A stretch of 64,000 bases of DNA from Spirochaetia bacterium (lineage in GTDB: Bacteria > Spirochaetota > Spirochaetia > SZUA-6 > Bin103). Where the stretch lies: contig CBDBOV010000001.1 of NCBI GenBank assembly GCA_965208575.1, positions 472,783 through 536,782 on the forward strand, read 5' to 3'. Positions 1 through 9,910 of the stretch are shown in pieces. The position numbers and the translations under genes were made by a program. Position 1 is the first letter of the stretch, and each line of letters starts with the position of its first letter. A model generated the notes under the pieces. The model did not search any database. It was given only the letters and a program-made list of their open reading frames with translations, and was not told where the DNA came from.

Positions 1-1347
1 AACCCCACCTTCATGGGCTGGGTCGAGTTCTGGGGCGGCTGGTACCCGTTCCGCTATCCCAAGCACTACCTGTCCCAGTACCACCCCGAGTACAACGACG
101 ACGCGGAAGCGCTGGCCAAGGAGGAGGGCTTCGAATCGTGGCTGCAGTCGTTTCGCGCCCATTCCGACAGCGGTGACTTCGGCCAGAAGGACTTCGACCT
201 GCCCACCATGCGGTCATGGGGTGTGATCGACATCACCGCCACCTACTCGCTGATGGAGCGCAACCCCTACTTCTGGGCTATCGATCCGGCCGGCAACCAG
301 CTCCCCTACATCGACCGGCTGCGCGTCGAGGTGGTCAACGACCAGGAGGGCTACAACCTGAAGGCGATCGCCGGCGAGATCGACATCGCCCAGTTCGGCC
401 TGGAGGCCGCCAACGTCAGCCTGTACAAGGAAAACGAGGAGAAGGGCGACTACCAGCTCCTGATGTGGAAGGCGCCGGACGGCTCGGAGGCGGCGTACGG
501 CTTCAACATGACCCACTCCGACCCGGTGCTGCGCGAGATCTTCCAGGACATCCGCTTCCGGCAGGCGATGTCGCTGGCCATCAACCGCGACGAGATCAAC
601 ACGCTGCTGTACTTCGACCTCGGCGACGTGCGGCAGGCGGCGATGAACCCCGACAACAGCTACTACAAGCAGGAGTGGGCGGAGCGGTTCGTCGACTACG
701 ACCCCGACCGCGCCAACGCGCTGCTCGACGAGATGGGCTTGGCCTGGAACGGCGACGGCACGGTGCGGCTGCGCCCCGACGGTGAGCCACTGCGCATCCG
801 GCTGTGGATCAACCAGCGCCGGCCCACGCTGATCAACACCGGCGAGCTGGTGGAGGCGCACTGGGAGGCGGTCGGCGTGGACGTCGACTTCCAGGGCAGA
901 GACGGCCCGTTCGTGGGCCAGATGGTGCGCGCCAACGAGCATGATGTGCAGAGCTGGCACCTGCGCCGCACCAACGAGAGCAAGGGCTTTCAGGCGCACA
1001 ACAAGTTTCTCTCCGGCGACGGCGTGGAGTTCGGGCGCCTCTGGGAGCAGTGGCACCAGAGCGGCGGCGAACAGGGCGAGGAGCCGCCGGAGAAGATCAA
1101 GCGCCTGTACGAACTGGGCGAGCTGTGGCTGGCGTCCACCAACGACGCGGACTACAACCGCTACGCCGAGGAGTTGTTCGACCTGGCCAGCGAGGAGCTG
1201 CTGATCATCGGCACCGTCGGCTTCGTGCCGTTGCCGGTGATCGTGCAGAACAAGGTGGGCAACTTCCCGCGCGACGTGCGCTGGATCGGCGACGACACGC
1301 AGTTCCTGCGCGACGTCAAGCCGGACACCTGGTTCCTGCGCCAGTAG
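1..1347 (+). CDS. ABC transporter substrate-binding protein, peptide/nickel family 5 (5'-partial)
   Basis: Frame is open from base 1. Motifs RNPYFWAIDPAGNQLPYIDR and FRQAMSLAINRDEI. Close paralog of the pseudogene at 6283-9757. Confidence 0.9.
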   Translation, partial: NPTFMGWVEFWGGWYPFRYPKHYLSQYHPEYNDDAEALAKEEGFESWLQSFRAHSDSGDFGQKDFDLPTMRSWGVIDITATYSLMERNPYFWAIDPAGNQLPYIDRLRVEVVNDQEGYNLKAIAGEIDIAQFGLEAANVSLYKENEEKGDYQLLMWKAPDGSEAAYGFNMTHSDPVLREIFQDIRFRQAMSLAINRDEINTLLYFDLGDVRQAAMNPDNSYYKQEWAERFVDYDPDRANALLDEMGLAWNGDGTVRLRPDGEPLRIRLWINQRRPTLINTGELVEAHWEAVGVDVDFQGRDGPFVGQMVRANEHDVQSWHLRRTNESKGFQAHNKFLSGDGVEFGRLWEQWHQSGGEQGEEPPEKIKRLYELGELWLASTNDADYNRYAEELFDLASEELLIIGTVGFVPLPVIVQNKVGNFPRDVRWIGDDTQFLRDVKPDTWFLRQ

Positions 1348-1357
1348 CGGGATCGGC

Positions 1358-1397
1358 GAGTCCCGGAGCGGTCCCCTTTAGCCGCCTCCGGGGCTCC
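1358..1397. terminator. Imperfect GC-rich hairpin between convergent genes
   Basis: gagtcccggagcgg...ccgcctccggggctc inverted repeat between two stop codons. Confidence 0.4.
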
Positions 1398-1405
1398 ACT
1401 CTCGG

Positions 1406-2251
1406 TTACCCGCCGCCCGCGGCCTCGGCGTCGCGGGCGATGCGGCTCAGGATGCCCTTGACGATGATGTCGAGTTGCCCGTTCCGGGAGTAGTCGGCGG
1501 GCGCAACGAAGTCGACGCGACGGTCGGCGATCAGGCGGTGGATCTTGTCCAGGTGCTCGGGGCTGGTGCGCGGGTCGTACACGGCGATGGCGCAGCCGCC
1601 CTTGTAGGTGACCATCTTCATTGCCGGCACGTCGGTGTCGCCGTCACCGATGAAGATGATGCGGCCGAAGGGAACGGCGCGAGCCTCCTTGGCCATGTAA
1701 CGGTTCATCGCCGCGCTGTCCCAGTGATTGTCGATGCCGCGGTTGATTCGAAACAGGTACTGCGTCTTGGTGGTGTAGTTGATCGCCACGCCGGGCCAGA
1801 TCGCCTCGTTGTGTTCGTTGTAGATAAACTTGGAGGCGAACACGTCGTGAAACTGGTCCACGATTGCGCAGCCGCGGATCATCTCCTCCACCCCCGACGA
1901 AAGTATATAGTGCTCCAGCGCCAGGCCGCAGTCGGCGGCGTGCGCGTTGATGCGCCGGAACCATGACCTGTCGGCCAAGCCCGGAAACAGTTCCACCGTG
2001 GCGCCGTGCGCGCGCAGCGCTTGCCGGGTGATCGGGATGCCCCGTTCGGTCGACTTCTCCAGCATGAGGCGCATGTAAGCCAGGATCTGGTCGGCGTCCT
2101 CGACCTGGGCGCGCATATTGGACTCCCGCCAGAACGCCTCGTTGGACATCCCGAGTGCGGAGATGAAGCCGTGCTCCTGCAGGTTGCCGGGGGCGAGGGT
2201 GCCGTCGAAGTCGTAGATCAGCGCCGTGCGCTGCAGTTCGGCGCGGTTCAC
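1406..2251 (-). CDS. HAD-superfamily hydrolase
   Basis: Motif I YDFDGTL and motif IV IGDGDTD. GTG start overlaps the upstream gene's stop. Confidence 0.85.
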   Translation of the reverse strand: MNRAELQRTALIYDFDGTLAPGNLQEHGFISALGMSNEAFWRESNMRAQVEDADQILAYMRLMLEKSTERGIPITRQALRAHGATVELFPGLADRSWFRRINAHAADCGLALEHYILSSGVEEMIRGCAIVDQFHDVFASKFIYNEHNEAIWPGVAINYTTKTQYLFRINRGIDNHWDSAAMNRYMAKEARAVPFGRIIFIGDGDTDVPAMKMVTYKGGCAIAVYDPRTSPEHLDKIHRLIADRRVDFVAPADYSRNGQLDIIVKGILSRIARDAEAAGGG

Positions 2252-4014
2252 GGCGCCGATCCGGTAAGTGCGGTCGCGTGTGCGATGCCCGTGCCGCGGC
2301 CGCGGCCCTGGTGGTTGCCGGCGTCACGGAGCGGCGGTGCCTCCGGCTCCCGGGTGATCACGATGCGGGTGCCGGCGGCCGGTGCGGCGAACGCGACCTG
2401 TTCGCCATCCGGCCACAGCACGGTAAGCGTGCCGCCCGGCAGGTGGCCGCCGCCGAGCCCGAAGTGGGCCTCCGGTGGGTCGCCGGACAGGTAGCCGCTG
2501 CCGCTGCGCAGTTCGCGTGTCTGCACGCCCTGCCTGCTTTCCAGGTGCAGCCGCGCGCCCACGGCGAACGGGTTGGCCGACCCCGGCCAGCGCAGCGCCA
2601 CCTGCGCGCTTCGGCCGCCGCACAGCCGGTTCTCGTACAGCACCGCCGGCGCGCCGATGTTGTTGATCACGATGTCCAGGTCGCCGTCGCGGTCGAAGTC
2701 CGCCATGCTCATGCCGCGACCGCCGGCGGTGTCGCCCAGCCCCCACTCCGGCGCCGCCGTGAAGTGGCCGCTGCCATCGTTGCGGAACGCCAGGTTCTCC
2801 TCCACCAGCTCGTTGCCCGGTAGGTGGCCGAACATGTCGGCGGCAATCATGCCGTTGACCACGTACAGGTCGGCGAAGCCGTCGTTGTCCAGGTCGCCGA
2901 ACTTGGCCGACCAGCTCCAGCCGGTGGCATCCACGCCGCGCGCCGCCGCCTCGTTCGCGAAGCGGAGCTGGCCGCCGCCCGGCTCGCCGGCCGCCGTGCG
3001 GCGCAGCAGAACATTCTCGTTGATCTGCCGCGAACCGCGCCGCGGCTTCTCGTAGTAACGGTACACCGGCTCCCAGGCTGTTTCGGTAGCCGCGTCCGGG
3101 CGAAACGGCTTCATGTCGGCGGCGAACAGCTCCTCGCTGCCGTCGTTGTCCAGGTCGGCGATGTCGAAGCTCATGGTGTTGCGCGCCGTGGCCGCGAACG
3201 GTTCCGACAACTCCCAGCCGTCGCCGCGGCGCAGGTACACGTAGTCCTCGCGGTCGAAGTCGTTGCCGACCAGGATGTCTGCCAGCCCGTCGCCGTCCAG
3301 GTCGGTGAACAGCAGCGCCAGCGCCTCGGCGGTGTTGACCAGCGAGCGCGGTTCCAGCCTCCCCGCGGCCCGCTCGTAGTAGACCACGCCGCTGCCGAAC
3401 AGCACGTTGCCCATCTCCTCCACCATCTCCGCGTCGTAGGTGGCCGACGCGATGTCCAGGTCGCCGTCGCGGTCGGCGTCGGCCCACGCCATGGTCATGG
3501 CAGGATACCACGCCCCGAAGCGGTCCGCGGGCGCAAAGTTGGCGGCGCCGTCGCCCAGCCACAGTTGCGGCGGCGTGTGCGGGCGGGTGAACACGAGGTC
3601 GAGCGCGCCGTCGGCGTTCTCGTCCACCAGGAACACCGCGCGCGTGCGCGAGTTGGCGATTGTCGCCGTCTCGAACACCGGTCCGCCACCGGCCCACGGC
3701 GCGCCGGCGTTGATCAGTACCGTGCCGGGCCCCACCAGGTTGGCGAATGCGATGTCCAGGTCGCCGTCGCCGTCGACGTCGCCCACCGCCACCCCCGAGC
3801 CGATGCCGGCGAACGGGCTTCCGGACTCGGCGTCGAAGGGCGATGCGTGCGGCAACTCATGGCGCACGAACCGTGCCGTGCCGACGCAGACCGGCTCGGC
3901 AAATCGGGTGACGGCGAAGCGGTAGCCGGGCGGCGGCGAACTCTGAGCGGCGGCGTCGCCCGCGAACAGCGCCGTCGCCAGGAGCGTCGCGGTCACCAGC
4001 GCTGTCGGCGCCAC
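2248..4014 (-). CDS. Secreted FG-GAP/VCBS repeat protein with C-terminal ASPIC/UnbV domain (CRTAC1-like)
   Basis: Repeated DxDGDGDLD motifs, GWSWSAKFGDLDNDG, and C-terminal SGSGYLSG...HFGLG. Signal-peptide-like N-terminus; start placed at GTG 4014. Confidence 0.85.
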   Translation of the reverse strand: MAPTALVTATLLATALFAGDAAAQSSPPPGYRFAVTRFAEPVCVGTARFVRHELPHASPFDAESGSPFAGIGSGVAVGDVDGDGDLDIAFANLVGPGTVLINAGAPWAGGGPVFETATIANSRTRAVFLVDENADGALDLVFTRPHTPPQLWLGDGAANFAPADRFGAWYPAMTMAWADADRDGDLDIASATYDAEMVEEMGNVLFGSGVVYYERAAGRLEPRSLVNTAEALALLFTDLDGDGLADILVGNDFDREDYVYLRRGDGWELSEPFAATARNTMSFDIADLDNDGSEELFAADMKPFRPDAATETAWEPVYRYYEKPRRGSRQINENVLLRRTAAGEPGGGQLRFANEAAARGVDATGWSWSAKFGDLDNDGFADLYVVNGMIAADMFGHLPGNELVEENLAFRNDGSGHFTAAPEWGLGDTAGGRGMSMADFDRDGDLDIVINNIGAPAVLYENRLCGGRSAQVALRWPGSANPFAVGARLHLESRQGVQTRELRSGSGYLSGDPPEAHFGLGGGHLPGGTLTVLWPDGEQVAFAAPAAGTRIVITREPEAPPLRDAGNHQGRGRGTGIAHATALTGSAP

Positions 4015-4031
4015 CCTGAAACTACCCCTCG

Positions 4032-4092
4032 TCAAGCTACTGCTTGCACTCTGACAAACTATTGTTTGTACCCCCACAAACTACTGTTTGTA
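4032..4092. promoter_or_regulatory. Three tandem palindromes CAARC-N4-GYTTG at 22-bp period (putative operator array)
   Basis: tcaagc-tact-gcttgc (4032), acaaac-tatt-gtttgt (4054), acaaac-tact-gtttgt (4076). Confidence 0.6.
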
Positions 4093-5211
4093 GGGGTCGG
4101 CGGCGTCGCGTAGGCCGTCGCCCACGAAGTTGAACGCCAGAACGGTCACGATCACCCACAACCCCGGTACCAGCAGCCACGGGTGCAGCGCCACCGTGCG
4201 CACGTTCTGCGCCTCCTTCAGCAGCACGCCCCAACTCACCACCGGCGGGCGCAGCCCCAGCCCCAGGAAGCTGAGCGCCGTCTCGCCCAGGATCATGCCC
4301 GGCACCGCCAGCGTCAGGTTGACGATCAGGTAGCTCATGAACGAGGGCAGCAGGTGGCGCACGATGGTCGCCCCCGGTCCGGTGCCGGCGATGGCGGCGG
4401 CCATCACGAAGTCCTCGGCGCGCAACTGCAGCAGCTTGCCGCGCACCACCCGTGCCAGGCCGCCCCAGCTCACGATCGACAGGATGATGGTGATGGCGAA
4501 GTAGATCTGCAGCGGGCTCCAGTTGCGCGGCATCGCGGCCGACAGCGCCATCCACAGCGGGATGGTGGGAATCGACTGCATGAACTCGATCAGCCGCTGC
4601 ACCGCCATGTCGGCGCGCCCGCCGAAGAACCCGGAGATGCCGCCGAGCGAGCAGCCGATCACGAACGTCATCGCCACCCCGATCAGGCCGATGGAGAGCG
4701 AAGTGCGCGCCGCGTACAGGACGCGCGAGAACATGTCGCGGCCGAACTTGTCGGTACCGAGCAGGTACAGCGTGCCGTGCTCCACCCCGAACAGGTGCAG
4801 GTCGCTGCGGAACAGGTTCCACAGCCGGTACTCGTCGCCGCGCACAAACAGGCGCAGGTAACTCGGCCGCGAGGTCTCCAGGTGGTACACCTTGCGGAAC
4901 TTCTCGCGGTCCATCTCCAGGCGCAGCGGGTAGACGAACGGGCGCGGCGAGAACCCCTGCTCGCTGACGAAGCGGATGCGCTGCGGCGGCGCGTAGATGT
5001 TGTCGGTGTCGCGCTTGGCGATGTCCCCGGTGGCGAAGAACTCGGCGAAGATCGACACGAAGTAGAGCACGGCGAGCACCACCAGGCCGGCCTGGGCCAG
5101 CTTGTGGCGCGCAAACTTGCGCCTGATGAGCTGCCATTGCGAGGCGAGAAAGTAACTCTCGTTGGCGGCGTCGTCACGGGCGGCAACGCCTGCCGGCAGC
5201 GCCTCGCTCAT
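4081..5211 (-). CDS. Peptide/nickel ABC transporter permease (DppC/OppC-like)
   Basis: ASQWQLIRRKF, LGTDKFGRD, ETALSFLGLG, FNFVGDGLRDAADP. ATG at 5211 overlaps the upstream stop. Confidence 0.92.
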   Translation of the reverse strand: MSEALPAGVAARDDAANESYFLASQWQLIRRKFARHKLAQAGLVVLAVLYFVSIFAEFFATGDIAKRDTDNIYAPPQRIRFVSEQGFSPRPFVYPLRLEMDREKFRKVYHLETSRPSYLRLFVRGDEYRLWNLFRSDLHLFGVEHGTLYLLGTDKFGRDMFSRVLYAARTSLSIGLIGVAMTFVIGCSLGGISGFFGGRADMAVQRLIEFMQSIPTIPLWMALSAAMPRNWSPLQIYFAITIILSIVSWGGLARVVRGKLLQLRAEDFVMAAAIAGTGPGATIVRHLLPSFMSYLIVNLTLAVPGMILGETALSFLGLGLRPPVVSWGVLLKEAQNVRTVALHPWLLVPGLWVIVTVLAFNFVGDGLRDAADPYKQ

Positions 5212-6206
5212 GCCGTCTGCTCCGCCTCGAAGCGGATGCGCGGGTCGATCCAGATCAGCAGCATGTCGGAGATGAAGGTGCCGATCACGGTCAGGATCGC
5301 GAGCACCATCACGATGCTGGAGGCGAGCTGCATGTCCTCGGCGGTGAGCGCGGTGAACAGCAGCGGCCCCACGGTCGGCAGGTTGAGGACGATGGCGGTG
5401 ATGATGGTGCCGGACACGATCTCCGGCAGCAGGCCGCCGACGGTGCTGACGATCGGGTTGACCGCGATGCGCACCGGGTACTTGAACAGGAGCTGGCCCT
5501 CCTCCACGCCCTTGGAACGGGCGGTGATCACGTACTGCTTCTGCAGCTCGTCGAGCAGCGAGCTGCGCATCACCCGGATCAGGCCGGCGGTGCCGGCGGT
5601 GGCGACTACCAGGATCGCCACCGGCAGGTGCTTGAGCATATCGATCACCTTGGCGAAGCTCCACGGCGCATCCAGGTACTCGGAGGAGAACAGGCCGGTG
5701 ATGCTGAAGTCGAGCACGCTGTAGGAGAACCACATCAGGATCAGGGCGAGCAGAAAGTTGGGAGTGGCCAGCCCGATGAATCCGAAAACGGTGGCGGTGT
5801 AGTCGCCCACCGAATACTGGTGGGTGGCGGAGTAGATGCCGATCGGAATCGCCATCGCGTAGGTGGCGGCCAGCGTGATCACTGCCAGCAGCACGGTGAG
5901 GCCGATCCGTTCTCCGATCAGCTCGGTTACCGGCTTGTTCCACTGGTGGGACAGGCCCAGGTTGCCCTGGAGGAAGTTGGCGACCCACTTCAGGTACTGG
6001 ATGTAGTCGGGCTGATCGAGGCCGTACAGCTTGCGCAGCCCCTCGAGCTGTGCCTCGCTCATCGTGGTGCCGGAAAGCTGAAGCTGCTGCAGGTGGAACG
6101 TGAGGTAGTCCCCTGGCGGCAGCTTGATGATCGCGAAGCCGACCACCGACACCGCCACCATGGTGAACACCATGTACAGTAGCCGCCGCCCGATGTACGA
6201 GGTCAT
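5208..6206 (-). CDS. Peptide/nickel ABC transporter permease (DppB/OppB-like)
   Basis: YIGRRLL...PPGD, YVITARSKG, DPRIR. Confidence 0.92.
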   Translation of the reverse strand: MTSYIGRRLLYMVFTMVAVSVVGFAIIKLPPGDYLTFHLQQLQLSGTTMSEAQLEGLRKLYGLDQPDYIQYLKWVANFLQGNLGLSHQWNKPVTELIGERIGLTVLLAVITLAATYAMAIPIGIYSATHQYSVGDYTATVFGFIGLATPNFLLALILMWFSYSVLDFSITGLFSSEYLDAPWSFAKVIDMLKHLPVAILVVATAGTAGLIRVMRSSLLDELQKQYVITARSKGVEEGQLLFKYPVRIAVNPIVSTVGGLLPEIVSGTIITAIVLNLPTVGPLLFTALTAEDMQLASSIVMVLAILTVIGTFISDMLLIWIDPRIRFEAEQTA

Positions 6207-6229
6207 GGCGCCCTTACCTTAGCCGAAAA

Positions 6230-6261
6230 CGCATCGGCCCGCCATTCGGCGGGCCGATGCG
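6230..6261 (-). terminator. Perfect 14-bp hairpin downstream of the SBP gene (terminator or mRNA stabiliser)
   Basis: cgcatcggcccgcc-attc-ggcgggccgatgcg, followed by TTTT on the minus strand. Confidence 0.75.
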
Positions 6262-6737
6262 AAGCGATTGGGCGGTCCAGTCCTATTGGCGGATGAACCA
6301 CTGGTCGGGCTTGACGTCGCGCAGGAACTGCGTGTCGTCGCCGAACCAGCGCGCGTCGCGCGGGATGTTGCCCACGCGGTTGTGCACGATCACCGGCACC
6401 GGCGCGTAGCCCACCGTGCCGATAATCAGCACGTTCTCCGAAGCGAAGTCGAAGATCTGCTGCGCGATCCGGTCGCGTTCGGCGAGGTCAGTGGTGGAGT
6501 ACCAGGTCTCCGCCAAGGCGTAGAATCGCTTGAACTCCTCGGGCGGCTCCTCGCCCCCCTCGCCGCCGGTCTGCACCCAGCGCCACCACTCGCGGGCGTA
6601 GTCGATCAGGCCGCCGGTGATGAACTTGTTGTTGCGCGAGAATCCCTTGCTCGGATTGGTGCGGCGCAGGTGAGCTGGTCCCGGAAAAACGGACGGTATG
6701 GTAGAGTGTATCCAAGGCCACGAGGAGGGCCAGCAAG

Positions 6738-7022
6738 ATGGCGACGAAGAGGCGTCGGTTCACAGCGGAGTTCAAGGCGAAGGTAGTGATGGAGGCGCTG
6801 CGGGGAGACCGTACGATCCAGGCGATCGCGGCCAAGCACGAAATACATCCGAACCAGATCAGCAGTTGGAAGCGGCAGGCTCAGACCGGTCTGCGGGACC
6901 TGTTCGCCGACGGCCGGAGCCGGCGGCAGAAGGAGCACGATGAGACCATTCACGACCTGCATGCCAAGATCGGGGAGTTGACCGTGGAGCGCGATTTTTT
7001 AGCACGCGGGCTCGGGCGCTGA
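6738..7022 (+). CDS. IS3 transposase OrfA (HTH)
   Basis: KRRRFTAEFKAKVVMEAL...HPNQISSWK. Slippery T-TTT-TTA at 6995-7001 would allow -1 fusion to OrfB. Confidence 0.92.
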   Translation: MATKRRRFTAEFKAKVVMEALRGDRTIQAIAAKHEIHPNQISSWKRQAQTGLRDLFADGRSRRQKEHDETIHDLHAKIGELTVERDFLARGLGR

Positions 7023-7042
7023 GCCGGGCCGAGCGACGAGAG

Positions 7043-7879
7043 ATGATCGACCGCGAGCACGACCGTCTGAGCATCAGCCGGCAGTGCCGCCTGATCGGGC
7101 TGAACCGGTCGACGCTGTACTACCGAGCGGTGGGCGAGAGCGCTGACACGCTCGCGTTGATGCGCCGCATCGACGAACTTTATCTGGAATGTCCGTTCTA
7201 CGGCAGCCGGCAGATGATGCGCCATCTGGCACGCGAGGGAAAGCGGGTCGGTCGGCACCGGGTGCGGCGGCTGATGCGGCTGTTGGGGCTGGAGGCGATC
7301 TACCGCAAGCCACGCACCAGCGTCGCGCACCCGGACCATCGGGTGTATCCGTATCTGCTGCGAGGGCTTACGATTGAGCGCCCGAACCAGGTGTGGTGCG
7401 CGGACTTGACCTACATCCCGGTGCAGGGAGGATTTCTGTACCTGGTGGCGATCATGGACTGGGCGAGCCGGCGGGTGTTGGCCTGGCGGCTGTCCAACAC
7501 GATGGACACCTCCTTCTGCCTGGAGGCGTTGGCGGACGCTCTGGAAGACTTCGGCATTCCCGAGATCTTCAACACCGATCAGGGCAGCCAGTTCACCAGC
7601 ATCGCGTTCACCGGCCAGTTGGAGGCGACCGGGATACGGTGCTCGATGGACGGGCGCGGTCGTTGTCTGGATAACGTATTCATCGAACGGTTGTGGCGCT
7701 CGCTGAAGTACGAGTCGGTATACCTGCACGATTTGGAGGATGGCTTCGAGGCGCAGCGGGTGATCGACGGGTGGATGGCATTCTACAACGAGACCCGACC
7801 ACACTCGGCGCTCGGCGGGCGTACGCCCGCGGAAGCGTACCGCGACGGGGTGGCGGAACAACAGCAGGAGGTGGCGTAG
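7043..7879 (+). CDS. IS3 transposase OrfB (DDE integrase core)
   Basis: WCADLTYI, NTDQGSQF, DNVFIERLWRSLKYE. Confidence 0.95.
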   Translation: MIDREHDRLSISRQCRLIGLNRSTLYYRAVGESADTLALMRRIDELYLECPFYGSRQMMRHLAREGKRVGRHRVRRLMRLLGLEAIYRKPRTSVAHPDHRVYPYLLRGLTIERPNQVWCADLTYIPVQGGFLYLVAIMDWASRRVLAWRLSNTMDTSFCLEALADALEDFGIPEIFNTDQGSQFTSIAFTGQLEATGIRCSMDGRGRCLDNVFIERLWRSLKYESVYLHDLEDGFEAQRVIDGWMAFYNETRPHSALGGRTPAEAYRDGVAEQQQEVA

Positions 7880-9848
7880 CGAACAGGAACGGCAGGCGGT
7901 TGGCATGGGGTGCAAGGGCATCCGAGGACCAACGGGAGCGCGAGCAGTGGGGACGAAGTATCCACATATCCACAGGCTCGCTCACCCCCTCCCCGGACCC
8001 CACCCCCATTACCGCCGCCTGATCATCTCGACCAGGAGGGTGGGTTGACAACGAACGAGATGCACTCTACAATATCCCATCCACTGTCCAACCTATCGGG
8101 TCCACGTCACAGGAACCACACCGCGATGTCGTGGTCGTTGGTGGAGATGCGGGTCTCGACCAAGTCGACGTCGCCGGTGCGCATGTCGACCTTGAGGCCC
8201 ACGTCCTCCCAGTACTCCTTGACCAGCTCACTGATGTCGATCAGCGACTCGGACTCGTTGTTGATCCACATCTGCGCCTCCAGCACCTTGCCCGTCGGGG
8301 CGCAGCCGGAACTCGTTGTTGCTGTCCCACTGCAGGCCCATCTCGTCCAGCAGGGCGTTGGCGCGCTGCGGATCGTACTCGGCCAGGTGGTTGGCCCACT
8401 CTTCCTTGTAGTAGCTGTTCTCCGGGTCCATGGCCGCCTGCCGCGGCACCGCCATGCCGAAGAACATCACCTCGTTGATCTCGTCGCGGTCGATGGCCAG
8501 CGACATCGCCTGCCGAAAGCGCAGGTCGCCGAAGACCTCGCGCAGCACCGGATCCTTGCTGGTCATGTTGAAGCCGTAGCCCGCCTCGGCGCCGGCCGGG
8601 CGCGGCCACAGCAGGGTCATGTAGTTGGCTTTCTCCTCGCCATCCTTGTACAGCGGAATGTCCGCCGCGGAGTGGCCGAAGCCGGACACGTCAAGCTCGC
8701 CGGACACCGCCTTGAGCGTCTTGCCCTCGTTGTCGTTGACCACCTCCACCCGTACCACGTCGATGTAGGGGAGCTGATTGCCCGCCGTGTCGATGGCGAA
8801 GTGATAAGGGTTGCGGACGAAGGTGCGGTAGGTCGGATCCACGTCGCCGAGCAGCCAAGGCCGGATGGTGGGCGGCTCGTCGTCCTGTCCGAAGGTGCTG
8901 ATGCCCGACTTGCGACCGAATGCCTGCACCCACGACTCGAATCCCTCCTCCTTGGCCAGCGCCTCCGCGTCGTCGTTGTAGCGCGGGTGCCACTTCGACA
9001 GGTAGTGCTTGGGATAGCGGATCGGGTACCAGCCGCCCCAGAACTCCATCCACGACATGGCGGTCGGGTTGGGCTCGCTCCAGTGCAGCTTGACGGTGTA
9101 GTCGTCGACCCGCTCCACGGTGGAGATCGGCCCGAAGTTGTTCAGCACCCAGCCACCGGATGGCGTGTCCGGATGCAGCAGCACCTCCTCCGCCCAGAAC
9201 ACCACGTCGTCGGCAGTGTAGGGCTCGCCGTCCGACCACTTCATGCCGCGGCGCAACTCCATGGTGAAGGTGTAGGCGTCCTCCGAGAGGTAGTTCTTCT
9301 TGTGCGCGTAGTTCACCCACTGGTGCGGGTGACCGGGGCCGTGGTTGGCGATGTGCACGGTGCCCGCCAGATCCCGGATCGGGGTGAAGACGTTGTAGCC
9401 GGCGCCCACGGTGGCCATGCGCAAGGTACCGCCGTACTGGCCGATCTCCTCGAACACGTTGAGCACGAGCGGTTCCTCGGGCAGCCGCTCGTCGACCGGC
9501 GGCAGCCGGCCGTCGGCCACCATGGCGGCCAGCGCCGGCGCTTCCTGGAAGCTCAGGATGCGGTTGCCGGTATCGCTCTCCTACTCGGCCAGGGTGTCCC
9601 ACGACCACGCGTCGCCGACGCGCTCCCCCGCGGCCGCGCCGCCCGCGCCGTCCGCGCCGCTGCCCGAGCCTTCCTCGCCCTCGCCGCCGGCGAACGCGCC
9701 CGGCGCGCTCAGCGTGCAGATCAGGCCGGCAATTGCCAGCCGAAAAAGCCTGTTCATGAAGGTCCTCCCGTTTCCGGACTCAGTCGGTGGGGCGCCAACC
9801 TGTGCCTTCACGCGCAGTTCCGCCGGCCCAACCGGCTGTCAATGCGCC

Positions 9849-9877
9849 ACGTTACGCCGTGTGCCGAGGCCTGTCAA
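9849..9877 (-). promoter_or_regulatory. sigma70-type promoter of the peptide ABC operon
   Basis: TTGACA-N17-TAACGT on the minus strand. Confidence 0.65.
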
Positions 9878-9910
9878 ACTGCTCGCGCGGGGACCGGCGT
9901 TGGGGTGCTG

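Larger units (their letters stand above)
6671..8109 (+). mobile_element. IS3-family insertion sequence
   Basis: TG...CA ends, imperfect ~27-bp terminal inverted repeats (17/27 match), 4-bp target duplication CAGG (6667-6670 and 8110-8113). Confidence 0.95.
6283..9757 (-). pseudogene. Family-5 ABC substrate-binding protein pseudogene (nonsense codon, frameshift and IS3 insertion)
   Basis: ATG 9757 with GGAGG RBS. In-frame TAG at 9581-9583. One extra base at ~8291. The IS splits ...VWFL/RRTNP..., and removing it restores alignment to the paralog at 1-1347. Confidence 0.9.

Noticed and set aside
4032-4092. Mini CRISPR array
   Set aside because: Units are 16 bp with 6-bp gaps and no spacer-length unique sequence. 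No cas genes or CRISPR array were seen in the window.
9581-9583. In-frame TAG as pyrrolysine or programmed read-through
   Set aside because: The same gene also has a frameshift and an IS, so a TAC-to-TAG nonsense change is simpler.
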